The notes: generated from the letters alone by a model not told the origin. A stretch of DNA of 64,000 nucleotides from Alphaproteobacteria bacterium (GCA_965248835.1 CBDFLJ010000002.1:1184001-1248000), one strand, 5' to 3'. Shown: positions 18,073 through 28,354, numbered from the stretch's first letter. Translations and numbers: made by a program.

Positions 18073-20154
18073 ATGCGCCCCGAGATTCTTTTCCCGTTGT
18101 TCGCCGCGGTCCGCTCCCTGCCTGGGGTCGGGCCCAGGATCGGCAAGGCGATCGAACGGCTGGCCGGCGCGCGGGTGGCGGACCTGCTGTGGCACCTGCC
18201 GACGGGAATCATCGACCGCCGTTTCTCGCCCAATCTGGTCGATGCACCGGAAAAGGCCGTGGTTACGGTCACCGTCGAGGTCGACGGCCACCAGCCGCCG
18301 GGCAACCCGCGCGCGCCCTACCGGGTGGTCTGCCATGACCAGACCGCGGCGCTCGATCTGGTCTTTTTCAATGCCAATGCGGAATATCTGGAGGGCATGC
18401 TGCCGGCGGGCGAGACCCGGGTGGTGAGCGGCCGGATCGAGCGCTACCGCGACCGGCTGCAGATGACCCATCCCGACCATGTCGGCCGGGAGGGAGAGAT
18501 GGCCGCCCTGCGGCGCCTCGAGCCGGTCTATCCGCTGACGACCGGCCTGACGGCCAGGCCGCTCGCCCGGGCGATCGGCGAGGCGCTGGCGCTGGCGCCC
18601 GACCTGGAGGAATGGAACGACCCGGCCTGGATGGCGCGCCGCGCCTGGCCGGGCTGGATCGAGGCGCTGCGCGCGGCCCACAACCCGGAAAGCGCCGGAG
18701 ATCTGGAGCCCGGAGCACCGGCCCGTCAACGCCTCGCCTATGATGAGCTCCTGGCCAACCAACTCGCGCTGGGGTTGGTCCGATTGCGCCGCCGCGAACG
18801 TCCGGGCCGGGTGATCGCCGGCGATGGCCGGCTCGCCGCGGCGGCGCGGGAGGCGTTGGGGTTCGCCCTCACCCGGGCCCAGGAGGAAGCGGTGCGCGAG
18901 ATCTCCGACGACATGGGGGCTGCAGAGCGGATGATCCGCCTGCTCCAGGGCGATGTCGGCAGCGGCAAGACCGTGGTCGCCTTCCTTGCGATGCTGGAAG
19001 CCGTGGAAAGCGGCGCACAGGCCGCCCTGATGGCCCCCACGGAGATCCTCGCCCGGCAGCATTTTGCCACCATCGGGTCCCTGGCCGAGCGCATCGGCGT
19101 CGCCGGCGTGCTGCTGACCGGGCGCGAGCGCGGCAGGACCAGGGCTGCCGCGCTCGAGGGGCTCAAGGCCGGCACGCTCTCGATCGCCGTCGGCACCCAT
19201 GCGCTCCAGGAGCAGGCGGTCGAATTCGCCGATCTCGCACTTGTCGTAATCGACGAACAGCACCGGTTCGGGGTCGACCAGCGCGTCGCGCTCGCCGACA
19301 AGGGCAGGGCGGTCGATATGCTGGTGATGACCGCAACGCCCATCCCGCGCACGCTGATGATGTCGGCGTACGGCGACATGGATGTCTCCCGCCTGCTCGA
19401 AAAGCCGCCCGGCCGGCGGCCGGTCGATACCCGCGTGCTGCCGCTCGACCGGCTGGATGCGGTGGTCGAGCGGCTGCGCGGGGCGATCGCCGAAGGGGCG
19501 AGGATCTACTGGGTGTGCCCGCTGGTCGAGGACTCCGAGTCGCTCGACCTCGCGGCCGCGACCGAGCGCCACGCGGCGCTCGAGGCCTGGTTCGGCGACC
19601 GTGTCGGCCTGCTCCACGGCCGGATGAAAGGCCCGCAGAAAGACGCGGTCATGGGCCGCTTCGCCGACGGCGACATCGACATCCTGGTGGCGACCACGGT
19701 GATCGAGGTCGGGCTCGATGTCGCCGACGCGACGGTGATGGTGATCGAGCACGCCGAGCGGTTCGGCCTGGCCCAGCTCCACCAGCTCCGCGGCCGGGTG
19801 GGGCGCGGCGTGACCGCCTCGTTCTGCCTGTTGCTCTACGGCAGCCCGCTCACCGAGGCAGCGCGGGCCAGGCTGGCCGTCATGCGTGAGACCGATGACG
19901 GGTTTCGCATCGCGGAGGAGGATTTGCGGCTGCGCGGTGCGGGCGAGCTCCTGGGCACCAGGCAATCGGGCCTGCCGGCGTTCCGGCTCGCCGACCTGGC
20001 CGCCCACGCGGCGCTGTTCGACGTCGCCCGCGACGATGCGCGGCTGATCATCGAGCGTGATCCGGAGCTTGCCACCGCGCGCGGCCAGGCGCTGCGGACC
20101 TTGCTCTATTTGTTCGAGCGCGACGCCGTGGTCCGGACCGTCCGGTCGGGCTGA
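18073..20154 (+). CDS. recG: ATP-dependent DNA helicase RecG
   Basis: MRPEILFPLF start; LLQGDVGSGKT, DEQHRFG, TATPIPR, QLRGRVGRG and DGFRIAEEDLRLRG motifs. Confidence 0.98.
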   Translation: MRPEILFPLFAAVRSLPGVGPRIGKAIERLAGARVADLLWHLPTGIIDRRFSPNLVDAPEKAVVTVTVEVDGHQPPGNPRAPYRVVCHDQTAALDLVFFNANAEYLEGMLPAGETRVVSGRIERYRDRLQMTHPDHVGREGEMAALRRLEPVYPLTTGLTARPLARAIGEALALAPDLEEWNDPAWMARRAWPGWIEALRAAHNPESAGDLEPGAPARQRLAYDELLANQLALGLVRLRRRERPGRVIAGDGRLAAAAREALGFALTRAQEEAVREISDDMGAAERMIRLLQGDVGSGKTVVAFLAMLEAVESGAQAALMAPTEILARQHFATIGSLAERIGVAGVLLTGRERGRTRAAALEGLKAGTLSIAVGTHALQEQAVEFADLALVVIDEQHRFGVDQRVALADKGRAVDMLVMTATPIPRTLMMSAYGDMDVSRLLEKPPGRRPVDTRVLPLDRLDAVVERLRGAIAEGARIYWVCPLVEDSESLDLAAATERHAALEAWFGDRVGLLHGRMKGPQKDAVMGRFADGDIDILVATTVIEVGLDVADATVMVIEHAERFGLAQLHQLRGRVGRGVTASFCLLLYGSPLTEAARARLAVMRETDDGFRIAEEDLRLRGAGELLGTRQSGLPAFRLADLAAHAALFDVARDDARLIIERDPELATARGQALRTLLYLFERDAVVRTVRSG

Positions 20155-20985
20155 TTATGCCGGCTGCTTTTTTTCCGAACCCTCGGCGCCGGTGTCGTCG
20201 TCCTCGTCCGCATCGGGCTCGGGAATCGCCTCGACCAGCCTTTCGTAGGGCACGGTCTGCTCGTCCAGGTTGGCGCGGGCGACCCGCTTGACCGCCTTCC
20301 GCGCGGCGGGGCGACGGTCCTCCGGCGTGACGATGCCGCCCGAGACAACCATCTTGATGCCTTCCTCGACCGTCATCGACAGGATCACCAGCTCGCGTCT
20401 GGGAATGAACAACAGATAGCCCGAGGTCGGGTTGGGCGTCGTCGGCAGGAAGACGTTGACCACCTCGTCCTCGGTGAGCTCCTGGACCTCGCCCAGAGTC
20501 TGGCCGGTGATGAAACCCAAGGCCCAGCTCCCCCGGCGCGGATACTCGAACAGGACCACCTGCCGGAACGCGTTCGACTGCTGCTTCAACACCGTCTCGA
20601 AGATCTGTTTGGTGGCACTGTAGACGCTGCGGATCACCGGCATCCTGGCCAGCAACTGTTCGCTGATCGACATCCACATTCGGCCGACGGCGCCGGCCGC
20701 GGCCGCCCCGATGATGGTCAGCAGGATGAACACGATTACCAGGCCGAGCCCCGGAATGGAGAACGGCAGGTAGGTCTCGGGGTTATATGCCGGCGGGATA
20801 AGCGGCGTGACCTTGCTGTCGATCCAGTTGATGATCAGCCAGGCGATATAGAAGGTGATGACGATCGGCGCGGTGACCAGAACGCCGGCGAAGAAATAGG
20901 CGCGGATCCGCCGGCCGACGCGCAGCCGCCGGCGCTGCGCCAGCCGCCGGCGGCCTCTGGTTTCAGCCTTGACCGCGTCGTTCAT
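20155..20985 (-). CDS. DUF502 family membrane protein
   Basis: YFFAG.LV..P..IT, IPGLG, EYPRRG and VFLPTTPNPTSGYL motifs. Confidence 0.9.
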   Translation of the reverse strand: MNDAVKAETRGRRRLAQRRRLRVGRRIRAYFFAGVLVTAPIVITFYIAWLIINWIDSKVTPLIPPAYNPETYLPFSIPGLGLVIVFILLTIIGAAAAGAVGRMWMSISEQLLARMPVIRSVYSATKQIFETVLKQQSNAFRQVVLFEYPRRGSWALGFITGQTLGEVQELTEDEVVNVFLPTTPNPTSGYLLFIPRRELVILSMTVEEGIKMVVSGGIVTPEDRRPAARKAVKRVARANLDEQTVPYERLVEAIPEPDADEDDDTGAEGSEKKQPA

Positions 20986-21129
20986 CGTGGCGTCTCCGCT
21001 TGGCTGGATTCGACGCATTCCCGCAACCAACCTGTGACTGGAATCCGCCCCGTCAAGAGCCAATCAACCTGCTTCGAAAGAACGCTCCAATCGAGGTCGA
21101 AGGCATGACGTCGCTCTGCGCGGGCGCTT

Positions 21130-21777
21130 TTATTCCGCCGCCTGGACCGCGCTGTCCTGGCGCGCGAGATCGAGGACCTGGAGAATGACCTCCGGTGACT
21201 GGGCGCCGGAGACGGCGTAGCGCCCGGCGATGACGTAGCACGGCACGCCGTTGACGCCCAGGAGGCGCACTTGCTGGTCTTCGGCGATCAGCCGGGCGCG
21301 GTCTTCATCGGTGGCCAGATAGGCCGCGAGCGCCCGGCCGTCGAGCCCGAGCTCGCCGCCCAGCGATACCAGCGTCGCGTGATCGCCGATGTCGCGCCCG
21401 TCGACGAAATAGGCGCTGAACAGCCGGTCGACCATCTCGGGAGCGATGCCGTAGCTGGCGGCGTAGGCGATCATACGGTGGGAATCCAAGGTGTTCGGGG
21501 TCCGCTCGATCGCCTCGAAGCGGAACGCGATGCCTTCCTGGCGGCCCGACCTTTCCAGGGACTGGCTGTGCCGCTGGGCCCGCTGCAGCCCGCCGAACTT
21601 GGCCGCCATATAGCTGCGGCGCTCCCTGCCTTCGGGCGGAGTCCGCGGGTCGAGCTGGAAGGGCCGCCAGACGAAGACGACATCGAGTTCGGGGCGCGCG
21701 GCCAGGGCCCGGGACAGGCGGGTTTGCCCGATATAGCACCACGGGCAGATGGTATCGATGATGACGTCGATCTGCAT
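21130..21777 (-). CDS. DsbA family oxidoreductase (FrnE-like)
   Basis: D.ICPWCYIG, WRPFQLDP, PNTLDSHR, GVNGVP and VSGAQ motifs. Confidence 0.9.
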   Translation of the reverse strand: MQIDVIIDTICPWCYIGQTRLSRALAARPELDVVFVWRPFQLDPRTPPEGRERRSYMAAKFGGLQRAQRHSQSLERSGRQEGIAFRFEAIERTPNTLDSHRMIAYAASYGIAPEMVDRLFSAYFVDGRDIGDHATLVSLGGELGLDGRALAAYLATDEDRARLIAEDQQVRLLGVNGVPCYVIAGRYAVSGAQSPEVILQVLDLARQDSAVQAAE

Positions 21778-21875
21778 GGAGCACCCAATGCGCGACGCAT
21801 ATGCGCAGCCTCGGCCGTGATACGGGCTTTGATACGGCCCCACAACCCACAAAGCGATCCGCTCCGGCGTGCAGC

Positions 21876-22853
21876 CTAGCGCACGCCGAGAAAATGGATG
21901 CTGAACATCGCGCCGGCATCGGTCCATGCCGAGATCGGCTCGAACCCGGCGCTGCGCGCGAGGCCGCGAAACTCCTCGATTGTGTATTTGTAGGAGTTCT
22001 CGGTGTGGATGCTCTCGCCTTCCCCGAAGGCGAATGCATGCCCATCGACATGGACCGTCTGCGGCCGGGTGCTGACCAGGTGCATCTCGATCCGGCCGAG
22101 GCCGCGGTTGTAGGGCGCATCATGGCTGAAGCCCGCGAGATCGAAATCGCCGCCGAGCTCGCGGTTGATGCGTACCAGGAGGTTCTCGTTGAACGCCGCG
22201 CTGATCCCTTCGTGGTCGTTGTAGGCGGCGATCAGGAGGGCTTCGTCCTTTTTCAGATCGACGCCGATCAGGAGCACTGCGCCCTTGCCCAGGGTTCCGG
22301 CGACCAGCGCGAGGAAGTCCCTGGCTTCCTCGGGGGTGAAATTGCCGATGGTCGAGCCAGGAAAGAATCCGACGCGCATCCCGTCCGCCGCCTCCGCGGC
22401 GGCCCCGACGGCGACGCCGCGGGTGTAATCGGCGCAGATCGCCTCCACGGCCAGGTCCGGAAATCCGTCGGCGATCCTGCCCGCGGCTTCGATCAGATGC
22501 GCGCGCGAGATATCGATCGCGGTATAGGCGCCGGGCCGGTCGAGGGCTGCGAGCAGCAGCCGGATCTTGACGGAAGATCCGCTGCCGAACTCGATCACAT
22601 GGCAGAAGCTGCCGATGATCTCGGCGAATTCCGGGCCATGGCGTTCCAGGAGCCCAATCTCGGTGCGGGTCGGGTAGTACGCCTCCAGCGCGCAGATCCG
22701 GTCGAACAGCTCGGAGCCGGCCTTGTCGTAGAAGAACTTGCAGGGAAGCGTCTTGGGCTTACCGGAAAGCCCGGCCAGGACGGCGGCCTTGAAGTCCTCG
22801 ACCTGCGGCCCGTCGTCGCGGAATCGGATCCTCGGTCCGGCTGTGAAGTCCAC
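21876..22853 (-). CDS. egtD: L-histidine N(alpha)-methyltransferase
   Basis: LPCKFFYD..GS.LF, YYPTRTE, GSGSS.K, FPGSTIGNF, AYND..G, RIEMHL and IHTENSYKY motifs. Confidence 0.9.
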   Translation of the reverse strand: MDFTAGPRIRFRDDGPQVEDFKAAVLAGLSGKPKTLPCKFFYDKAGSELFDRICALEAYYPTRTEIGLLERHGPEFAEIIGSFCHVIEFGSGSSVKIRLLLAALDRPGAYTAIDISRAHLIEAAGRIADGFPDLAVEAICADYTRGVAVGAAAEAADGMRVGFFPGSTIGNFTPEEARDFLALVAGTLGKGAVLLIGVDLKKDEALLIAAYNDHEGISAAFNENLLVRINRELGGDFDLAGFSHDAPYNRGLGRIEMHLVSTRPQTVHVDGHAFAFGEGESIHTENSYKYTIEEFRGLARSAGFEPISAWTDAGAMFSIHFLGVR

Positions 22854-22958
22854 GGAAATGCCTCTCTATTCCATTGTCGAACCGGACGTTCGACGTTCCG
22901 AAGGCGTCAACAATATCGTAGGCACGGTTTCCCAACCCAGTCGGACGAGCAGGCGGGA

Positions 22959-24176
22959 TCAGCGGCTGGGCGGGACGCGGCGGCGCACGGTGAGAAACGT
23001 CGCAACCGCCAGCACCGCCAGAATGCCCGCGATCAGAAAAACCAGGTCCGGACGGCCGGCGTCCATGACCAAGCCGAATACCAGCGGCATTATCGCCGTG
23101 CCGATATGCGCGCCGGTGGAAACGAAGGCGAAGACTTTTCCATGATCGCCGTGCGGGGTCGCGGCGTGGACCATCAAATCGCGCGTGCCCTGGACGATTC
23201 CGCGCAGGAACCCGGCCATGGTCAGGACCCCGACGAGCAGGGCGATCGGCAGCGAGCCGTTTCCGGCCATCAACAGCATGGCGCCCGAACCGAGCAGCCC
23301 GATAACCGCGGTGATGCTCCTGGCTCCCAAGCGGTCGGCCAGCACCCCGCCGGCGAGGATCCCAGCCGCACCGCCCAGGATGAACCCCGTCAGCGCGCCG
23401 TTCGCGGTTGCGAGAGGCATCGAATAGATCCCCACCAGGGCCGAGGGCGCGAACGCCCGGACCCCGGTGAAGGCGGTATTCATGATGATGAAGAACAGGA
23501 AGCACAACAGGATCGGAGTCGAGACCAGCAGCCCGATACCGGCCCGCAGCCCACCGAGCCCCCCGCTCCGGGCGTTGCGCGGGCTCTCCGGTTCGGTCCC
23601 GTCGAGCCGGCTGCCGAAAGGGATCAGCGCGATCGCAAACGCGAGGCCGACGACGCCGATCAGCAGGAACGCGGCACGCCAGTCCCACAGCGCGGTCAGG
23701 GAGACCATGGTCATCGGGGCGATCGCGGTGCCGATGTTGCCGCTGAAGGAATGAAGCGTGTAGGCGCGGCCGAGCCGCCTCTCAGGCACGGTGCGCGACA
23801 GGATGGAATAGTCCGCCGGGTGATAGACCGAATGCGCGAGGCCGGCGATTGTGAACAGCGCCAGCAGCGACCAATAGGAGCCGGCGAACGCGACCAGGCC
23901 TATGGCGATCGACTGGATGAGCAGGCCGCCGATCAGGACGCGCCGGCCGCCGATCCGGTCGACCACGAAGCCGCACGGCACCTGGCCCAGCGCGGTGGCT
24001 ATGCTGAAGACGCTCAGCACCAGGCCGAGCGCGGTATAGGAGACGTTGAAATCGGCGACCAGCAGGGGAAACAGCGGCGGCAGGCTGAACTGGTAGACGT
24101 GGCTCATCATGTGGGCCAGCCCGATCAGCGAGATGACCCGAACCGACCCCCCGAGGCTCGCCGACGGTGCGCTCAT
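22959..24176 (-). CDS. MFS transporter
   Basis: H..SH.Y...LPPLFP, G..VDRIGGRR, VYHPADYSIL and GRAY.LHSF.G motifs; many hydrophobic segments. Confidence 0.88.
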   Translation of the reverse strand: MSAPSASLGGSVRVISLIGLAHMMSHVYQFSLPPLFPLLVADFNVSYTALGLVLSVFSIATALGQVPCGFVVDRIGGRRVLIGGLLIQSIAIGLVAFAGSYWSLLALFTIAGLAHSVYHPADYSILSRTVPERRLGRAYTLHSFSGNIGTAIAPMTMVSLTALWDWRAAFLLIGVVGLAFAIALIPFGSRLDGTEPESPRNARSGGLGGLRAGIGLLVSTPILLCFLFFIIMNTAFTGVRAFAPSALVGIYSMPLATANGALTGFILGGAAGILAGGVLADRLGARSITAVIGLLGSGAMLLMAGNGSLPIALLVGVLTMAGFLRGIVQGTRDLMVHAATPHGDHGKVFAFVSTGAHIGTAIMPLVFGLVMDAGRPDLVFLIAGILAVLAVATFLTVRRRVPPSR

Positions 24177-25390
24177 CTTCCGTACCGCCCGCGCACTGTC
24201 GCGAAGCTCAGCAGCGCGAGCCCCATCAGGACCGCGGAAATCCAGAACACCCAGCTCGCCGGATAGAGGTCGAGGATGAAGCCGAAGCCCAACGGCACCA
24301 GCCCGCCGGCGAGGTTCGCCCCGCTGGACACGAAGCCCATCACGCGCCCCATCGCGCCGTCGGGCGTCACCGAGCGCAGCAGAAGATCGCGCGAAGGCAG
24401 GATGAACCCGGTCAGAAAGCCGACCGCGGTCAGGCAGCATGTCAAGACCGGCAGCGGCATCGAAACCGTGCCCACCGCGGCGGTCAACAGCGCCGCCGGG
24501 ACCAGGGTCAGGAGCGCGGTGCCGATCCGCGGGCCGTAACGATCGGCAACCTGAGCACCGACCAGGATCCCGACCGCGCTTCCGACCAGCAGCCCGAACA
24601 GGGCGATGTTGACGACTGCGAGCGGCGTCCGGAAAAGCTGGTCGAGCGCGGCGACCGCGAAGGCCCGCAGCCCCCCCATGCCGGCCATCTGGCTTACGAA
24701 GTAGAAGAAGCACATCACGATCGGCGCGGACACGAGTAGCCCGATCCCCGCCCGGGTGCCGTCGATCCGCCTGCCGCCGTCCGCCGCGCGGGCGATCCTG
24801 TCCTGCCGGTCCTGATCGAGCAGTCCGCGGTTGAGGAACACGAGCAGGGAGACCGCCACGCCGACCGCACCGATCGCCAGGAACGCTGCCCGCCAGTGCC
24901 AGAGCTCGGCCACGGTGACCATGAAGACCGGCGCGATCGCGAACCCGAGCGTGCCGGTGAAGGAATGGATGCCGTAGGCCCGTCCCAGCCGGCTTTCCGC
25001 CACGGTGGCGGTCAGGATCGCGTAGTCGGCGGGGTGGTAGACCGTATGGGCGGCGCCGGCCAGGCCGCACAGCACCGTGACCTGCCAATAGGACTCGCAC
25101 AGCCCGATCAGAGCGATGGCGCTGCCCTGCACCGCCATGCCGGCGATCAGCAGGACGCGCCCGCCGATCCGGTCGACCAGGAAACCGACCGGGATCTGTC
25201 CCAGCCCGGCGGCGAGCCCGAAGGCGGTCAGCGCGAGGCTGAGCTCGGTGTAGCTGACGCCGAAGGCGTCTTTCAGCAACGGGAACAGCGGCGGCAGGAC
25301 CAGGAAATAGGCGTGGCTCAGCATGTGCGGCACGCAGACGAGCGCGATCACCTTGCCGTCGCGGCCGAATGTCGCGCTGACCTGCGCCAT
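24173..25390 (-). CDS. MFS transporter (paralog of adjacent gene)
   Basis: HMLSHAY..VLPPLFP, VDRIGGR, VYHPADYAIL and GRAYGIHSFTG motifs. Confidence 0.88.
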   Translation of the reverse strand: MAQVSATFGRDGKVIALVCVPHMLSHAYFLVLPPLFPLLKDAFGVSYTELSLALTAFGLAAGLGQIPVGFLVDRIGGRVLLIAGMAVQGSAIALIGLCESYWQVTVLCGLAGAAHTVYHPADYAILTATVAESRLGRAYGIHSFTGTLGFAIAPVFMVTVAELWHWRAAFLAIGAVGVAVSLLVFLNRGLLDQDRQDRIARAADGGRRIDGTRAGIGLLVSAPIVMCFFYFVSQMAGMGGLRAFAVAALDQLFRTPLAVVNIALFGLLVGSAVGILVGAQVADRYGPRIGTALLTLVPAALLTAAVGTVSMPLPVLTCCLTAVGFLTGFILPSRDLLLRSVTPDGAMGRVMGFVSSGANLAGGLVPLGFGFILDLYPASWVFWISAVLMGLALLSFATVRGRYGR

Positions 25391-25717
25391 TGCTTCACCT
25401 GCCGGGTTGCCGAGATCGATCGCCGCCGCGCGGCGGCCGCACGATACAGGGCCGCGCCGAGCCAAGCCAGTCCGGGATCCGGGCGAACCGTCACTGCCCA
25501 TCTCTCGTCAGGCTGTCCTGGTCGATGCCGTCCGGGACGCCCCTCTGCCCTGGATTTCTTGCGCGGGCTGCGGCCGGCGGGTCCGGCTGGAGCGGCCGAT
25601 CGACGGCCCGGTCGTCCGCATGGCCGGAGCGCGGGCGAAAACCGTTGCGCGGCCGGCGCGCGGCGGGGACGATGGCACCGCGTCCGGATCGCATCCAGCA
25701 GCGCGGAAAGGGGCCCC

Positions 25718-26713
25718 ATGACGATCGACATCTACACCCACATCTTTCCAGGTGATTTCTACGCCCAGATGACCAAGGCCGCGCCGCGGCTGGACAACAT
25801 CGGCAAGCGGATGCAGCAGGTCACGATGATCCACGACCTCGATGTGCGGTTCCGGCTGATGGACCGGTTCGAGGCCTACGGCCAGGTGATCTCGCTGCCC
25901 AATCCGCCGCTGGAGGACATCACCGATCCGCGGACCGGCACGGCGCTGGCGCGTATCGCCAACGATGCGATGGCCGGCGTCGTTGCGCGCCATCCCGACC
26001 GGTTCCCCGCCTTCATCGCCGCGCTTGCGATGCACGACATGGACCAGGCGATGGACGAGCTCCACCGGGCGATCCGCGATCTCGGCGCCCGCGGCATCCA
26101 GATCTTCACCAACGTCGCGGGCAAGCCGCTGGATCTGCCCGAGTTCCAGCCGCTGTTCGCGGCCATGGCCGAGTACGACCTGCCGATCTGGATGCATCCC
26201 GCGCGCGCCGCCGACATGCCCGATTACAAGGCCGAGGCGCGCTCCCGCTACGAGATGTGGTGGTGTTTCGGCTGGCCCTACGAGACCTCTATCGCCATGA
26301 CCCGGCTGGTCTTTTCGGGCCTGTTCGACCGCCACCCGGGGATCAAGATCATCACCCATCACATGGGCGGCATGATCCCGTTCTTCGACGGTCGGATCGG
26401 CGCGGGCATGGAGGTGCTGGGCCAGCGCACGACCGATGAGGACCATTCCGAGGTGCTGTCGTCGCTGAAGCGGCCGCATCTGGACTATTTCAAGATGTTC
26501 TACGGCGACACTGCGATGTTCGGCAGCAATCTCGGCATCAAGTGCGGACTGGAGTTCTTCGGCATCGACCACGTGGTGTTCTCGACCGACTGCCCGTTCG
26601 CCCCGGTGCCCGAGACCTTCGCCTCGATTGACGCGCTGGACCTGGACGATGCCGACCGCGAGAAGCTGTTCGGCGGCAACGCGCGACGCCTGATGCGCCT
26701 CGACGAGGGATGA
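25718..26713 (+). CDS. Amidohydrolase_2 family protein (ACMSD/aromatic acid decarboxylase-like)
   Basis: IDIYTHIFP, A..AND, GA.GIQI, IWMHP, ITHHMGG and FSTDCPF motifs. Confidence 0.85.
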   Translation: MTIDIYTHIFPGDFYAQMTKAAPRLDNIGKRMQQVTMIHDLDVRFRLMDRFEAYGQVISLPNPPLEDITDPRTGTALARIANDAMAGVVARHPDRFPAFIAALAMHDMDQAMDELHRAIRDLGARGIQIFTNVAGKPLDLPEFQPLFAAMAEYDLPIWMHPARAADMPDYKAEARSRYEMWWCFGWPYETSIAMTRLVFSGLFDRHPGIKIITHHMGGMIPFFDGRIGAGMEVLGQRTTDEDHSEVLSSLKRPHLDYFKMFYGDTAMFGSNLGIKCGLEFFGIDHVVFSTDCPFAPVPETFASIDALDLDDADREKLFGGNARRLMRLDEG

Positions 26714-28299
26714 GCGAAGCGCTCTTCATTCGCGGCGGGACCCTCATCGACGGCACCGGCGGCCCCGGCGTCCGCGCCGATGTCGCGGTCCGCGACGGCC
26801 GGATCGCCGCGCTGGGCAGCGACATCACCGCCGGCGGGGCGCGGGTGATCAATGCCGCAGGCAAGGTCGTTGCGCCCGGCTTCATCGACATCAAGACCCA
26901 TTCGGACTGGACGCTGCCGCTGATGCCGCTGGCCGAGAGCAAGGTCCGCCAGGGCGTGACCACCGAGGTGATCGGCCATTGCGGCTATTCCTGCGCGCCT
27001 GCGCTGCCGGGCAAGGCCGAAGCGCTTGCCCAGTATCTGAGCCCGAGCGCGCCGTGGCTCGAATTCCGGGAGACGACGTTCGCGGACTATGCCGCGCGCT
27101 ATCCGCAGACTTCGGTCAACCGGGTGATGCTGGTCGGCCACAACACGCTGCGGCTGATGAGCATGGGCATGGACGACCGGCCGCCCGAACCCGATGAGCT
27201 CGACCTGATGGTCCGGCTCCTGGAAGAGGCGCTCGACGGCGGTGCGCTGGGCCTGTCCTCGGGGTTGTTCACCGCGCCCGGATCCTATGCCGAGAGCGAG
27301 GAGCTGGTGACGCTCGGCCGTATCCTCAAGGCCCGCGGAGCGCGCTATTTCACCCACCTGCGCGATGAGGCCAACACCGTCTTCGATGCCGTCGAGGAGG
27401 CGATCGTGTTCGCCGAACAGACCGGCGTCCACGTGCAGATCGTCCACATCAAGCTGTCGGGGATGGACAACTGGGGCGGCGCGGAGCGGTTGATCGACCG
27501 GCTGGAGGCGGCGCGGCGCGGCGGCGCGGCGATCGATTGCGACCAGTACCCCTATACGGCGGCGAGCAACCCGTTGCGCAACCTGTTCCCGACCTGGCTG
27601 CAGGAGGGTGGAATCGATGTCATGCTGGGCCGGCTTTCGCACCCTGACGTCCGCGCGCGCCTGCGCGCCGATGTTGCGCGCGACGGGCTGAACAATTTCG
27701 GCCGGATTCCGTCATGGGGTGCGGTCCGCATCTCGATTTCACCCGACCAAGCGCATTATGCCGGGCGAACGGTCGCCGAGATTGCGGCCGAGCGCGGCGT
27801 CGATCCGTTCGATGCCGCGCTCGATTACATCCTCGCCGACCGCGGCCAGACCCGCGTCCTGGTCACTTCGATCTCCGAAGACGACGTCAAGGCGTTGATC
27901 GCCGCGCCGAAGGTGATGGTCGGCTCGGACGGAAATGCGGTCGCGCCCTACGGAACGACCGGCCAGGGCAAGCCGCACCCGCGGTTCTACGGCACGTTCG
28001 CGCGCATCCTGGGTCATTACGTGCGCGGGTTGGGTCTGCTGCCGATCGAGACGGCAATCCACAAGATGACCGGCGCTTCGGCCGCTGCGCTCGGCCTTGC
28101 CGACCGCGGTGTGCTGCGCGCCGGTGCGGCCGCCGACATCACCGTCTTCGATCACGACACCATCGCGGAACAGGCGAGCTACCAGGACCCCCACCGGTTC
28201 GCCACCGGAGTCGATCATGTGCTGGTCAACGGCACCGCGGTGCTCGCCTACGGCGAGCACACCGAGGCGGTCCCTGGCCGCATGCTGCGGCGGCAGTAG
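26710..28299 (+). CDS. N-acyl-D-amino-acid deacylase (D-aminoacylase) family amidohydrolase
   Basis: G...DGTG, APGFIDIKTHSD, QGVTTE..GHCG, THLRDE, HIK, GSDG and PHPRFYGTF motifs. Confidence 0.88.
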   Translation: MSEALFIRGGTLIDGTGGPGVRADVAVRDGRIAALGSDITAGGARVINAAGKVVAPGFIDIKTHSDWTLPLMPLAESKVRQGVTTEVIGHCGYSCAPALPGKAEALAQYLSPSAPWLEFRETTFADYAARYPQTSVNRVMLVGHNTLRLMSMGMDDRPPEPDELDLMVRLLEEALDGGALGLSSGLFTAPGSYAESEELVTLGRILKARGARYFTHLRDEANTVFDAVEEAIVFAEQTGVHVQIVHIKLSGMDNWGGAERLIDRLEAARRGGAAIDCDQYPYTAASNPLRNLFPTWLQEGGIDVMLGRLSHPDVRARLRADVARDGLNNFGRIPSWGAVRISISPDQAHYAGRTVAEIAAERGVDPFDAALDYILADRGQTRVLVTSISEDDVKALIAAPKVMVGSDGNAVAPYGTTGQGKPHPRFYGTFARILGHYVRGLGLLPIETAIHKMTGASAAALGLADRGVLRAGAAADITVFDHDTIAEQASYQDPHRFATGVDHVLVNGTAVLAYGEHTEAVPGRMLRRQ

Positions 28300-28354
28300 G
28301 GGGTCGGCGGCTGAATATACCGGTCGAACACGCCGGTCCAGGCGCGCCGCGGAC

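Noticed and set aside
20986-21129. Short inverted repeats (GGATTC/GAATCC, TTGGCT/AGCCAA) upstream of the DUF502 gene
   Set aside because: Too short and widely spaced to distinguish from chance; no recognisable RNA family.
22876-22900. Alphaproteobacterial LexA box or SAM riboswitch upstream of egtD
   Set aside because: The GTTC repeats are spaced by 3 nt rather than 7, and no SAM-II/SAM-alpha consensus is recognisable.
21801-24266. 821-aa plus-strand ORF, and similar Arg/Pro/Gly-rich alternative-frame ORFs throughout
   Set aside because: They overlap egtD and MFS genes or other real genes and have low-complexity composition typical of off-frame high-GC sequence.
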